DNA of 11,600 nucleotides from a virus: UHGV virus genome UHGV-0196356; one strand, 5' to 3'. Shown piece by piece: positions 1 to 6,606 of this stretch (position 1 is its first letter; each line of letters starts with the position of its first letter). The notes under the pieces were generated by a model. It saw only the letters and a program-made list of their open reading frames with translations, ran no database searches and was not told where the DNA came from. The position numbers and the translations under genes were made by a program.

Positions 1-744
1 TTCAAATGAACAGTGAAGGAGGAAAACCGGGGAATGTACTGACCGTTAACGGCAACTATACCGGAAACAATGGCCTGATGACGTTCAACGCGACGCTGGG
101 CGGCGATAATTCACCCACCGATAAGATGAACGTGAAAGGCGATACCCAAGGGAACACTCGCGTTCGGGTTGATAACATTGGCGGCGTCGGTGCGCAAACG
201 GTCAACGGTATTGAACTCATTGAGGTTGGCGGTAATTCTGCAGGTAATTTCGCGCTGACCACCGGAACTGTCGAAGCTGGGGCTTACGTCTACACGCTGG
301 CTAAAGGGAAGGGGAATGACGAGAAAAACTGGTATCTGACCAGTAAATGGGACGGCGTAACGCCAGCGGATACACCCGATCCCATCAATAATCCCCCTGT
401 TGTGGATCCGGAAGGCCCATCAGTTTATCGCCCGGAGGCCGGAAGCTATATCAGCAACATTGCCGCAGCCAACTCGCTGTTTAGCCATCGCTTACACGAC
501 CGTCTGGGTGAGCCGCAATATACAGATTCACTGCATTCTCAGGATTCAGCAAGCAGTATGTGGATGCGTCATGTCGGGGGGCACGAACGTTCCAGTGCCG
601 GAGACGGCCAGCTAAATGAACAGCCATCACCAGCGTGACGATGGTAAACAGCGTGAGTTCCAGCCTTACATTGAAGCGAATTGGATCAACAACAGCAAAG
701 TCTACGCCGTGAAGATGAATGGTCAAACGCCCGATTGTACGTGA
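1..744 (+). pseudogene. Autotransporter adhesin remnant (yneO/ydeK-like): 5'-partial passenger and linker, premature stop at 636-638, then a beta-domain fragment in a different frame (631-744)
   Basis: Frame open to position 1. Passenger-type Gly/Asn/Thr-rich sequence, Pro-rich linker PDPINNPPVVDPEGP, and junction motif SMWMRHVGGHERSSAGDGQL typical of autotransporter beta-barrel entry, but a stop follows after LNEQPSPA. Frame 1 then reads QREFQPYIEANWINNSKVYAVKMNGQT, resembling the C-proximal part of an autotransporter beta domain. Most of the barrel is missing. Confidence 0.55.
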
Positions 745-924
745 CCGGATCGTTAAACGTTATCATGCTAAATCCAGACAACCGTTTGATTTATTGTCAG
801 AAATAGGGCGAGACAGCGTTGGTGCCGTAACGTTATTACCCGAAAATGAAACCATAACGCGCCCGATAATGGCATGGTGTTGAGGTTGCATGGACGGTTA
901 AGCCGAGAATACGGTAGTAAGTGA
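731..924 (+). pseudogene. hipA: hipA (HipA toxin kinase) remnant: internal fragment PIVRDRIVKRYHAKSRQPFDLLSEIGRDSVGAVTLLPENETITRPIMAW (731-877) joined by deletion to the C-terminal codons VLRLHGRLSREYGSK-stop (877-924)
   Basis: Translation in frame 2 matches my memory of E. coli HipA around residues 68-116. Frame 1 from about 877 reads the HipA C-terminus and stops at 922-924, 76 bp before the dif-like site, which is the known hipA-dif adjacency in E. coli K-12. About 300 internal codons and the N-terminus are absent. Confidence 0.6.
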
Positions 925-1000
925 GATATGGGGTTTGGTCGTTGTTAATGAGCACGACAATCATGACCGCCAACGACTGGATTCTTCCTTGGTTTATACT

Positions 1001-1033
1001 GGTGCGCATAATGTACGACTCGTTATGTTGAAA
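1001..1033 (+). other. dif-like XerCD site (prophage left attachment site): GGTGCGCATAA / TGTACGACTCG / TTATGTTGAAA
   Basis: Exact 11-bp XerC-binding arm of E. coli dif followed by TGTA, then a divergent and longer spacer and an XerD-arm-like sequence matching 9 of 11 positions of TTATGTTAAAT. The 15 bp GGTGCGCATAATGTA is a direct repeat with 10312-10326. Confidence 0.6.
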
Positions 1034-1067
1034 AGGCCGCTGCGAAAATCGAATCCCGCAGCGGCCT
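1034..1067. terminator. Intrinsic terminator hairpin downstream of minus-strand gene D (possibly bidirectional)
   Basis: Perfect inverted repeat AGGCCGCTGCG (1034-1044) / CGCAGCGGCCT (1057-1067) with a 12-nt loop; T-rich tract follows on the minus strand (reverse complement of 1028-1033). Confidence 0.5.
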
Positions 1068-1100
1068 CTTTAGCATAACGTCATTGTGCGAACCAATTTT

Positions 1101-1874
1101 TTACTTATTAAGTTCACTAAGTTTTGCTGGGTTAAGCCTGTAAATTATACAGAATATGGCAAATAAGCCAGCGGTACTAATACCAAAACCATATTTCTCA
1201 AATGTTAATTCAACAAAACCCGGATAGCTAATTAGCAAGCCGGGGATACTTATGCTAAATAATGTTCTCAATACGAAATATTGCATCCCACTTGGTTTTT
1301 TTATAAACAAGCAAGCAATAAATACCAATGAACTAAAGCACAGGCCTATTACTAATGGTATTTGTACTTTGTCACCTATGAAATAAGCAGATAAAAAGAC
1401 AATTATAGCAACTATAATCACCCCAACTGCTAATGCTATTTTCACTGGATCTACCTTCTCTTTATTGTCAAACCCAAATGTCGGCAAGTTATTGTCATGC
1501 AATAATCCTCTTAACTTTTCTGATTTTTCTTTTCCGCAGTATGCTTTAACCATCCTCTGCATCCCGGAGTAAGCTGTTTCACTTGGGGATATGGTTTGAT
1601 CATTTACATCAATCCTGTAACGCTGATAATGTTCAACAAGAAGCTCTATCACATCATGACATGTTTCCGCAATCCATTGATTCCATGAGCTATTTTTCAG
1701 TATCTCATCGGAGTTATTCATTGCGCAACATTGCTCTAGATAATTACATAGTTGCTTCATTGATTTATCAGCATCATTTAGATTTTTTGTTTCCTCATAA
1801 TTATTAAGGTCTTGGCAATATTTTTCATATAGAGCATTAACCTTTTCCTGCTGTTGAGTTATTCTTTGTTGCAT
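1101..1874 (-). CDS. Hypothetical membrane-anchored protein D (257 aa): Cys-rich soluble N-terminal domain of about 150 aa plus four predicted C-terminal TM helices
   Basis: Long ORF. Hydrophobic segments KIALAVGVIIVAIIVFLSAYFIG, IPLVIGLCFSSLVFIACLFI, FVLRTLFSISIPGLLISYP, GISTAGLFAIFCIIY. Seven Cys in the N-terminal domain. Followed by a terminator. No family recognised. AT-rich codon usage. Confidence 0.6.
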   Translation of the reverse strand: MQQRITQQQEKVNALYEKYCQDLNNYEETKNLNDADKSMKQLCNYLEQCCAMNNSDEILKNSSWNQWIAETCHDVIELLVEHYQRYRIDVNDQTISPSETAYSGMQRMVKAYCGKEKSEKLRGLLHDNNLPTFGFDNKEKVDPVKIALAVGVIIVAIIVFLSAYFIGDKVQIPLVIGLCFSSLVFIACLFIKKPSGMQYFVLRTLFSISIPGLLISYPGFVELTFEKYGFGISTAGLFAIFCIIYRLNPAKLSELNK

Positions 1875-2154
1875 TTTGTTTTTCTACTGCCTTTATGTTG
1901 TCTTGCATTTCTTTTATTTTGAATAATGCCATCTTGGCAACTGATGTATCCAAGCCTTCCATACAAGAGACAATTAACGGTTTGTGGTAAACCGAACTGA
2001 CGACTTTTAGTATGTCGCTTTCATTTGCATTACTTGGTAGAGTAGCTAGTTTACTCCATATGCTGTTTAATTGTTCCTCGGTCGGACTCCATACCTCAAT
2101 ACCAAGAATCTGTTCAAGGTCTTTTTTCATCGCTAAAATATTTGCATTTTTCAT
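1837..2154 (-). CDS. Hypothetical small protein C (105 aa), paralogous to B at its C-terminus
   Basis: ORF with an ATGA start/stop overlap with upstream B; its 3' end overlaps the D start by 38 nt. Shares the motif GLDTS[TV]AKM[MA]L..IK with B. Hydrophilic, Lys-rich tail. Confidence 0.5.
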   Translation of the reverse strand: MKNANILAMKKDLEQILGIEVWSPTEEQLNSIWSKLATLPSNANESDILKVVSSVYHKPLIVSCMEGLDTSVAKMALFKIKEMQDNIKAVEKQNATKNNSTAGKG

Positions 2155-2315
2155 TTTTTACCTTCTTTATTTGAGTTAGATACTTTCGCTTGACTTTCCT
2201 GTTCTTTTTTTATGCTATTTAGCATCATTTTTGCTGTTGACGTATCTAGGCCATCATGGACCATAACTCTCTGAGGCGTATTTTTTTTACTATCTGGCGT
2301 ATTATTATTTGCCAT
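2151..2315 (-). CDS. Hypothetical small protein B (54 aa), truncated paralog of C
   Basis: Hand-translated (below the ORF-track size cutoff): MANNNTPDSKKNTPQRVMVHDGLDTSTAKMMLNSIKKEQESQAKVSNSNKEGKK. AAGG 5 nt upstream of ATG 2315. Stop TGA overlaps the start of C (ATGA). Confidence 0.4.
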   Translation of the reverse strand: MANNNTPDSKKNTPQRVMVHDGLDTSTAKMMLNSIKKEQESQAKVSNSNKEGKK

Positions 2316-2351
2316 ATGATTACCTTTTGATCTGTGTTTTCTAGAGGTTAA

Positions 2352-2774
2352 TTACCAGTAATATGAACTTCTTCTGTGCCACCAATAAAGCAGGCTGTAT
2401 CCGACAATAAGAATCCCGAAGAACATCAGAGACATTCCCCAGCCGGTTCCGTACCACGAAACCATATCATCGAAAACTAGCCCGCCCATCTCACGTACTC
2501 CGGCAGCTTCCTTAAGAATTGGCTTGAATACCGGAATCAGAAGGGCGATCGCCAGTGGAGCACCCCAGCGAACAAGACCAGTTTCCATTTTGACCCCGAA
2601 AAAGATCCCCGCACCGACAACAAGCAGCCAGACTATCAGACCAGGCGCAGTTTCCAGTGCTGTTTGCCATTCAACATCGAAAGTTTTCATTAGCCAGGCA
2701 ACAACTGCCAGACAGAAAACAAATACGCCTATGACAACCAGTTCAACGCCGCTTGTTTCGTTATTTCTACTCAT
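2352..2774 (-). CDS. Hypothetical small integral membrane protein A (140 aa, about four TM helices)
   Basis: ORF with AAGGA 8 nt upstream of the ATG. Four hydrophobic helices (LVVIGVFVFCLAVVAWL, GLIVWLLVVGAGIFFGV, GAPLAIALLIPVF, GWGMSLMFFGILIVGYSLLYWW). More GC-balanced than B, C and D. Confidence 0.55.
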   Translation of the reverse strand: MSRNNETSGVELVVIGVFVFCLAVVAWLMKTFDVEWQTALETAPGLIVWLLVVGAGIFFGVKMETGLVRWGAPLAIALLIPVFKPILKEAAGVREMGGLVFDDMVSWYGTGWGMSLMFFGILIVGYSLLYWWHRRSSYYW

Positions 2775-2816
2775 CCTTTTGATCCTTTTTCATTGTTCAA
2801 ACTTCGCACAATAAAG

Positions 2817-2845
2817 AACGTGCAGTGTTGGTAATACTGCACGTT
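2817..2845 (-). terminator. Perfect 10-bp inverted repeat AACGTGCAGT-n9-ACTGCACGTT, a candidate terminator for the regulator gene or an operator
   Basis: Perfect palindrome arms seen directly. On the minus strand it is followed by TCTTTATT. A second short hairpin GTCTCA-tttc-TGAGAC (2847-2862) overlaps the regulator stop codon. Confidence 0.4.
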
Positions 2846-2862
2846 TGTCTCATTTCTGAGAC

Positions 2863-3315
2863 TCAGCCTTTCTTCTTCCCGAAAAGCTCATCCCATTTTC
2901 TTGATGTTGTTGCTGTTTGCAAGGCACTCGAAACTCTCCCCAAACAAAGGATATCCTCATCATCAAGGGTACGAAGATTGTAGATGATGAATTGAGCCGC
3001 CTGAGCCGCATCTTTACTTCTCGTCTCAAAGAAGCGTTTGCTGGAATCGTAGATATCACTGCTACTGGAGCCAAAAATCAGTTCAAATATGTCTGTCTGA
3101 GTGATTTCAGCAATTTTTTCCAGCTCACTGATTTTCGCATCCCTCTGTGCGTTTGCGATTCGTTTCAGTGTGCCAATGTTGATGCCTGACAGTTCTTCCA
3201 TCCTTTCGTATGTGAATTTGCTTAGGATCGCTTTTTTTATCCTTTCTGCCCGCTGTAAGTCTATGTCTTCTGCCATTTCTTCCGGGTAGCCATTACTGTT
3301 GAAGTTGTCGCTCAT
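2863..3315 (-). CDS. Putative XRE-type HTH transcriptional regulator (candidate phage repressor), 150 aa, divergent from gII
   Basis: Start chosen at internal ATG 3315 (AGGA 6 nt upstream) rather than the ORF-track start 3459, which would run through the gII promoter region. The segment FTYERMEELSGINIGTLKRIANAQRDAKISELEKIAEITQTDIFELI fits an XRE helix-turn-helix pattern. The divergent position relative to the replication gene mirrors rstR/rstA of CTXphi. Confidence 0.5.
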   Translation of the reverse strand: MSDNFNSNGYPEEMAEDIDLQRAERIKKAILSKFTYERMEELSGINIGTLKRIANAQRDAKISELEKIAEITQTDIFELIFGSSSSDIYDSSKRFFETRSKDAAQAAQFIIYNLRTLDDEDILCLGRVSSALQTATTSRKWDELFGKKKG

Positions 3316-3482
3316 TCTATATCCTACTTTTTTGCTCCATTTCAAAAGAACAAATATGTCACTTATCCAGTACAAAATCACTTGAGAGGTAAGATCTTGG
3401 GTGGTACATTTGTGTGACTGAATTGGTACTAATAAGCTCTTGACAGGCTTTCTGGTCACAAAATTGTTCTCTGAGGCGATAC
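3316..3482. promoter_or_regulatory. Divergent intergenic control region between the regulator and gII
   Basis: TTGACA at 3440-3445 with a weak -10 candidate about 17 bp downstream and GAGG before the gII ATG. TGGTAC repeated at 3402-3407 and 3424-3429 (22 bp apart), plus AGTACA at 3369-3374, as candidate operator half-sites. Confidence 0.35.
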
Positions 3483-4535
3483 ATGATTGACTGGTTTACC
3501 GGGATCCTACCTTGCATACACCGACCATTACCGGCTGGTAGTGTCGTCAGCGTTGATGCTGACGGTGCAGTGGAGTGGGAAACAGTAAAACGGTTGACCG
3601 TTCGCGGTTCGTATGAATCCACTATGAAAGTAAGATCTGTTGGATCTGATGGCGAAGGTCGGGCAACACATCTCTATATTGACGGCAATCCGTCAAAGTT
3701 TTTGCAAGGTCACTCTGTTATCGGTTCCGATGATTTGCAAGGGTTAGTATTAACAGCTTATGCCAGAATATTGGCATTACTGCATATTCCTCATGATCTT
3801 TCATCCTATCGACAGGTAATAGCAGGGCAATTTAAGATCTCGCGTATTGATATCAACTATATGTATTCATTGTCAACATTAGAAAATGTCCGCGCATGGT
3901 TATATGCCGCAGAATTTAAAGCGAAAACTCGCCACGGTCGCGCCTGTGGTAAAGGTGGCACTGTTTACTTAGGAAAAAACTCCCGTCGTTGGAGTTTGAA
4001 ATTTTATTCAAAATATGATGAACACATATCTGGTAAAAAAGGACACCAGATTGCTGATGAATTTGTTAACGCTGGTTTACTGGACTGGTCAAAAGATAAA
4101 TTACGTATTGAATTAACGTTAAGAACAACTGAATTAATTGATTTGAACCTTACGCTTGGTAATAGTTGGAATATTGATACGCCCAATAAATTATTCTCTG
4201 ACTATGTAGGGAGAATAGAAATGAATCAAAACACCATATTAACTGATGAAAAAATAATTAATCTCCCAAGAAAAATACAGTCTACATATTTGTTGTGGAA
4301 GCAGGGCGCGAACATGAAAGAAATGTTACCGAAACCTACATTCTACCGACATCGTAAAGAATTGCTGTCTTTTGGGATAGATATTAATTTTTATTGTGAA
4401 TCCCCTGATTCAAATAATGTTGTTCCATTAGTAAGAACACTTGAGGCTAAACCAGCCAAAATTCCATCATGGGTTTATGAGAAAGGTTTAATTTTCGATT
4501 ATAACCGCATTCCACATGCCAGTAGCTGGCATTAA
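3483..4535 (+). CDS. gII: Replication initiation protein gpII (rolling-circle nickase, Phage_CRI family), 350 aa
   Basis: Motifs KFLQGHSVIG and NNVVPLVR align with M13 gpII (KVLQGHNVFG, NNVVPLVR). First gene of the Ff-type gene order. Confidence 0.85.
   Translation: MIDWFTGILPCIHRPLPAGSVVSVDADGAVEWETVKRLTVRGSYESTMKVRSVGSDGEGRATHLYIDGNPSKFLQGHSVIGSDDLQGLVLTAYARILALLHIPHDLSSYRQVIAGQFKISRIDINYMYSLSTLENVRAWLYAAEFKAKTRHGRACGKGGTVYLGKNSRRWSLKFYSKYDEHISGKKGHQIADEFVNAGLLDWSKDKLRIELTLRTTELIDLNLTLGNSWNIDTPNKLFSDYVGRIEMNQNTILTDEKIINLPRKIQSTYLLWKQGANMKEMLPKPTFYRHRKELLSFGIDINFYCESPDSNNVVPLVRTLEAKPAKIPSWVYEKGLIFDYNRIPHASSWH
4221..4535 (+). CDS. gX: gpX-like protein from an in-frame internal start within gII (104 aa)
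   Basis: In-frame ATG at 4221 preceded by GGGAGA 6 nt upstream; the size is close to the 111-aa pX of Ff phages. Called by analogy. Confidence 0.45.
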   Translation: MNQNTILTDEKIINLPRKIQSTYLLWKQGANMKEMLPKPTFYRHRKELLSFGIDINFYCESPDSNNVVPLVRTLEAKPAKIPSWVYEKGLIFDYNRIPHASSWH

Positions 4536-4546
4536 AGGAGAGTAAT

Positions 4547-4864
4547 ATGTCTAATTATGGTCTTTTCGTAAAAGGTAAAATGCTTGGTGCTCGTCAGCGT
4601 AATAAAGTCAACGGTCAGGGATACTATAATGAAATTGGTATTGGCCTTGAGATCCCTGATGGTTTTGGCGGTACTAAACAAGACCAGATTATTATTCGTG
4701 TTTCTCAGGCTCTTGTTAATGCCGGTGTAATGAATCAGGCAAATAATCTTATCGGTAAGTTAGTCCAGATACCTGTATATGTTCGTGTCTGGTCAATGGA
4801 GGGTAGAGAAGGAGTAACTTATAATATTTCATCTGACGGTGGAATCACTGAAATAAAAGGTTAA
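4547..4864 (+). CDS. gV: ssDNA-binding protein gpV (105 aa)
   Basis: Position immediately after gII, size, and a strong AAGGAG RBS 6 nt upstream; a small Gly-rich protein as expected for gpV. Confidence 0.8.
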   Translation: MSNYGLFVKGKMLGARQRNKVNGQGYYNEIGIGLEIPDGFGGTKQDQIIIRVSQALVNAGVMNQANNLIGKLVQIPVYVRVWSMEGREGVTYNISSDGGITEIKG

Positions 4865-4866
4865 AT

Positions 4867-4953
4867 ATGGCTGATGTTATACAAATATTAATAGCGTCAG
4901 GCATTGTTATCTCTTTTGGCCTCGGCGCAATTACTGCGGGGGTTTTTCGTTAA
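4867..4953 (+). CDS. gVII: Minor coat protein gpVII (28 aa)
   Basis: Hand-translated MADVIQILIASGIVISFGLGAITAGVFR; resembles M13 pVII (..IQISVVLCFALGIIAGGQR). Position between gV and gIX. Confidence 0.6.
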   Translation: MADVIQILIASGIVISFGLGAITAGVFR

Positions 4954-5048
4954 TGTATATAGCTTATTTCTTCGGGGCTTATACCTTTGGTTTTGCCCTT
5001 TTCTACGCGGTCGGTTCATTTAAATCATTTTCTGACCGATTAATGTAA
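4953..5048 (+). CDS. gIX: Minor coat protein gpIX (31 aa)
   Basis: Hand-translated MYIAYFFGAYTFGFALFYAVGSFKSFSDRLM; start overlaps the gVII stop (TAATG). Hydrophobic like M13 pIX. Confidence 0.55.
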   Translation: MYIAYFFGAYTFGFALFYAVGSFKSFSDRLM

Positions 5049-5072
5049 TGTAACTTTAATGGAGTTATTTAT

Positions 5073-5315
5073 ATGAAAGTTTTATCTCTTGTTAAATTTA
5101 AAATTGCAGCAGCTTCAACAGCGCTTTTTGTTTCTGCGAGTTCTTTTGCGGCAGATGGGTCTACAGGCGGGACTGATTATGCAGGTCAGGCAATGGATGC
5201 ATTACTGACTCAGGCAAATGATCTTATTGGTAAAGTATGGCCTGTCGTTGTTGCTGTGGTTGGTGCTGGCCTTGCCATTCGTATTTTTAAAAAATTCGCT
5301 TCCAAAGCAGTTTAA
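5073..5315 (+). CDS. gVIII: Major coat protein gpVIII precursor (80 aa, signal peptide plus about 54-aa mature protein)
   Basis: Signal peptide ending SFA, then an acidic N-terminus, a hydrophobic core and the basic C-terminus [12 protein letters not shown], close to IKe/Ff pVIII (..RLFKKFSSKAV). Confidence 0.9.
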   Translation: MKVLSLVKFKIAAASTALFVSASSFAADGSTGGTDYAGQAMDALLTQANDLIGKVWPVVVAVVGAGLAIRIFKKFASKAV

Positions 5316-5324
5316 AATTCACTC

Positions 5325-5348
5325 AGGGGCATTTGTTGCCCCTTTATT
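5325..5348 (+). terminator. Intrinsic terminator after gVIII
   Basis: AGGGGCA-tttgt-TGCCCCT followed by TTATT; same position as the strong gVIII terminator of Ff phages. Confidence 0.6.
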
Positions 5349-5361
5349 AAATTGGGTTATT

Positions 5362-6606
5362 ATGAAAAGGAAAATATTAATTACTTTCTCTATTTTTATT
5401 TCTTCTTTTTCGTATGCTGATTCATGGGAGAGCATTACTAAATCTACTTTTCAAAGCTCTGCATATGCTGAAAGTAAGCAAATAACCAACCAATATGGCA
5501 CTAAACAAACTGTTTATTATATTGATGCAACCATGCAGGTTTCTGCCTGTCAGGAAGCTAAAGACAGTGCTCAGGTTGTTTTTAATCAGGTTAAACCAAC
5601 TTATGAGGGAATGTGGCCTAACTCTGGATTCCGTCTTGTATTTTCTGACGCTTGTACTTACAGCGACTCTCCAGGCCAGAAAGATAAATACTGGACTTTA
5701 ACTGCTTATATTATAGGTGATATTCAACGATCTATTCCTGATGAAAAACCTTCCGAGCCTACGCCTGAAGAGATTTGTGAAGCTAAACCCCCCGAAGAAG
5801 GTGTATTCAATAATGTCTATTCTTATGACGGTGATCGTTATATTTATTATAACGGTTGTGAATATGAGGCCACTGGCGTCATTGTTTGCCAGAGTGATAG
5901 CACTGTTTGTGCTGCGACATGGAAGCCTACCGGAACTGTAGCCGCACCTTCAGATAAGCCTTCTTCTCCTGTTGGCGATGGCGGTGATACTGGAGGCGGG
6001 GATACAGGTGATGGTGATACCGGGGAAGGTGATACAGGCGGTGGTAACCCAAGTAGCGGTTCTGGCGGTGGTAATGGCTCAAGTATTACCAAAGGAGATA
6101 TTCAGTCAGCTATCGAAGGTGCTTCACCTAAAATTGCCAGTGAGATTCATGATAAGTTAACAGAAAAAGATACCTCATCTGATGATAAAAAGTCGGCTGA
6201 TGAACAGACTAAAAATAATATAAATCGTCTTGTTGACTCTATAAATAACCTTACTCGCGGAGCCGGACGTTTTGCTGATCCTTCTGGCGGCGATTCCCGT
6301 TATGGGGAGGGAGGGTCTGAATTAGATAGCGCTTCCACTTTAGCTGAATCTGAATTAGGAATTGCAAAGGATTCTCATGGTGCGTTATGGGAGGCTTTCT
6401 TAAATAAAGGTGCTATGTTGCCCAATTTACCCAATGGTAATGGTTGTTCTGATTTTATTATTTTCCCCGGAGAGGTTTATCAGATCGATATTGGCTGCGA
6501 TAAATTGCTGACTATTAAAAATGCTCTTTCATGGGTTTTTTATTGCCTTACGTTCTGGTATGTATTTACTTCTTTAACTTCATTGCTTCGTAAAGGTGGT
6601 GAGTGA
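5362..6606 (+). CDS. gIII: Minor coat / adsorption protein gpIII (414 aa)
   Basis: Signal peptide [19 protein letters not shown], Gly-rich linker (DTGxG repeats), and a C-terminal domain matching the pIII pattern (GCDK..., hydrophobic anchor, basic end). Start chosen at 5362 rather than the ORF-track 5218, which overlaps gVIII. Confidence 0.85.
   Translation: MKRKILITFSIFISSFSYADSWESITKSTFQSSAYAESKQITNQYGTKQTVYYIDATMQVSACQEAKDSAQVVFNQVKPTYEGMWPNSGFRLVFSDACTYSDSPGQKDKYWTLTAYIIGDIQRSIPDEKPSEPTPEEICEAKPPEEGVFNNVYSYDGDRYIYYNGCEYEATGVIVCQSDSTVCAATWKPTGTVAAPSDKPSSPVGDGGDTGGGDTGDGDTGEGDTGGGNPSSGSGGGNGSSITKGDIQSAIEGASPKIASEIHDKLTEKDTSSDDKKSADEQTKNNINRLVDSINNLTRGAGRFADPSGGDSRYGEGGSELDSASTLAESELGIAKDSHGALWEAFLNKGAMLPNLPNGNGCSDFIIFPGEVYQIDIGCDKLLTIKNALSWVFYCLTFWYVFTSLTSLLRKGGE
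5986..6045 (+). repeat. Four tandem 15-bp repeats (GATACnGGnGnnGGn) encoding the DTGxG pentapeptide linker of gpIII
   Basis: Units gatactggaggcggg, gatacaggtgatggt, gataccggggaaggt, gatacaggcggtggt. Confidence 0.5.

Noticed and set aside
6-638. First ORF read as a complete 210-aa gene starting at ATG 6
   Set aside because: The frame is open to position 1 and the sequence is passenger/linker of a much larger autotransporter that ends prematurely, so it is a pseudogene fragment.
56-726. Antisense or alternate-frame ORFs 56-262(-), 400-615(+) and 481-726(-)
   Set aside because: They overlap the autotransporter remnant in other frames and have no RBS or recognisable composition.
1583-1807. Plus-strand ORF 1583-1807 inside gene D
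   Set aside because: Antisense to a longer, better-supported minus-strand ORF; AT-rich sequence gives chance open frames.
2796-2816. Possible internal dif-like site (TTCGCACAATAAAGAACG)
   Set aside because: Only about 5 of 11 positions match the XerC arm and there is no XerD arm, so it is not a credible Xer site.
2817-2845. LexA (SOS) box in the inverted repeat
   Set aside because: The repeat is AACGTGCAGT/ACTGCACGTT, not the CTGT-n8-ACAG consensus.
2524-3289. ORFs 2524-2814(+), 2850-3074(-), 2917-3189(+) and 3101-3289(+)
   Set aside because: They overlap gene A or the regulator in other frames or antisense, with no independent support.
3316-3459. Long N-terminal extension of the regulator ORF (start at 3459)
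   Set aside because: It would cover the whole gII promoter region; the internal ATG at 3315 has an AGGA RBS and yields a compact HTH protein.
3359-4186. Minus-strand ORFs 3359-3622 and 4004-4186
   Set aside because: Antisense to gII and to the divergent promoter region; gII identity is strongly supported.
5218-5361. ORF-track extension of gIII starting at 5218 (MILLVKYGL...)
   Set aside because: It overlaps the gVIII coding sequence and terminator in another frame; the in-frame ATG at 5362 gives a canonical signal peptide ([19 protein letters not shown]).
6603-6605. GTG start for gVI at 6603
   Set aside because: ATG at 6606 gives the conserved MPLLLGIP N-terminus seen in Ff pVI.
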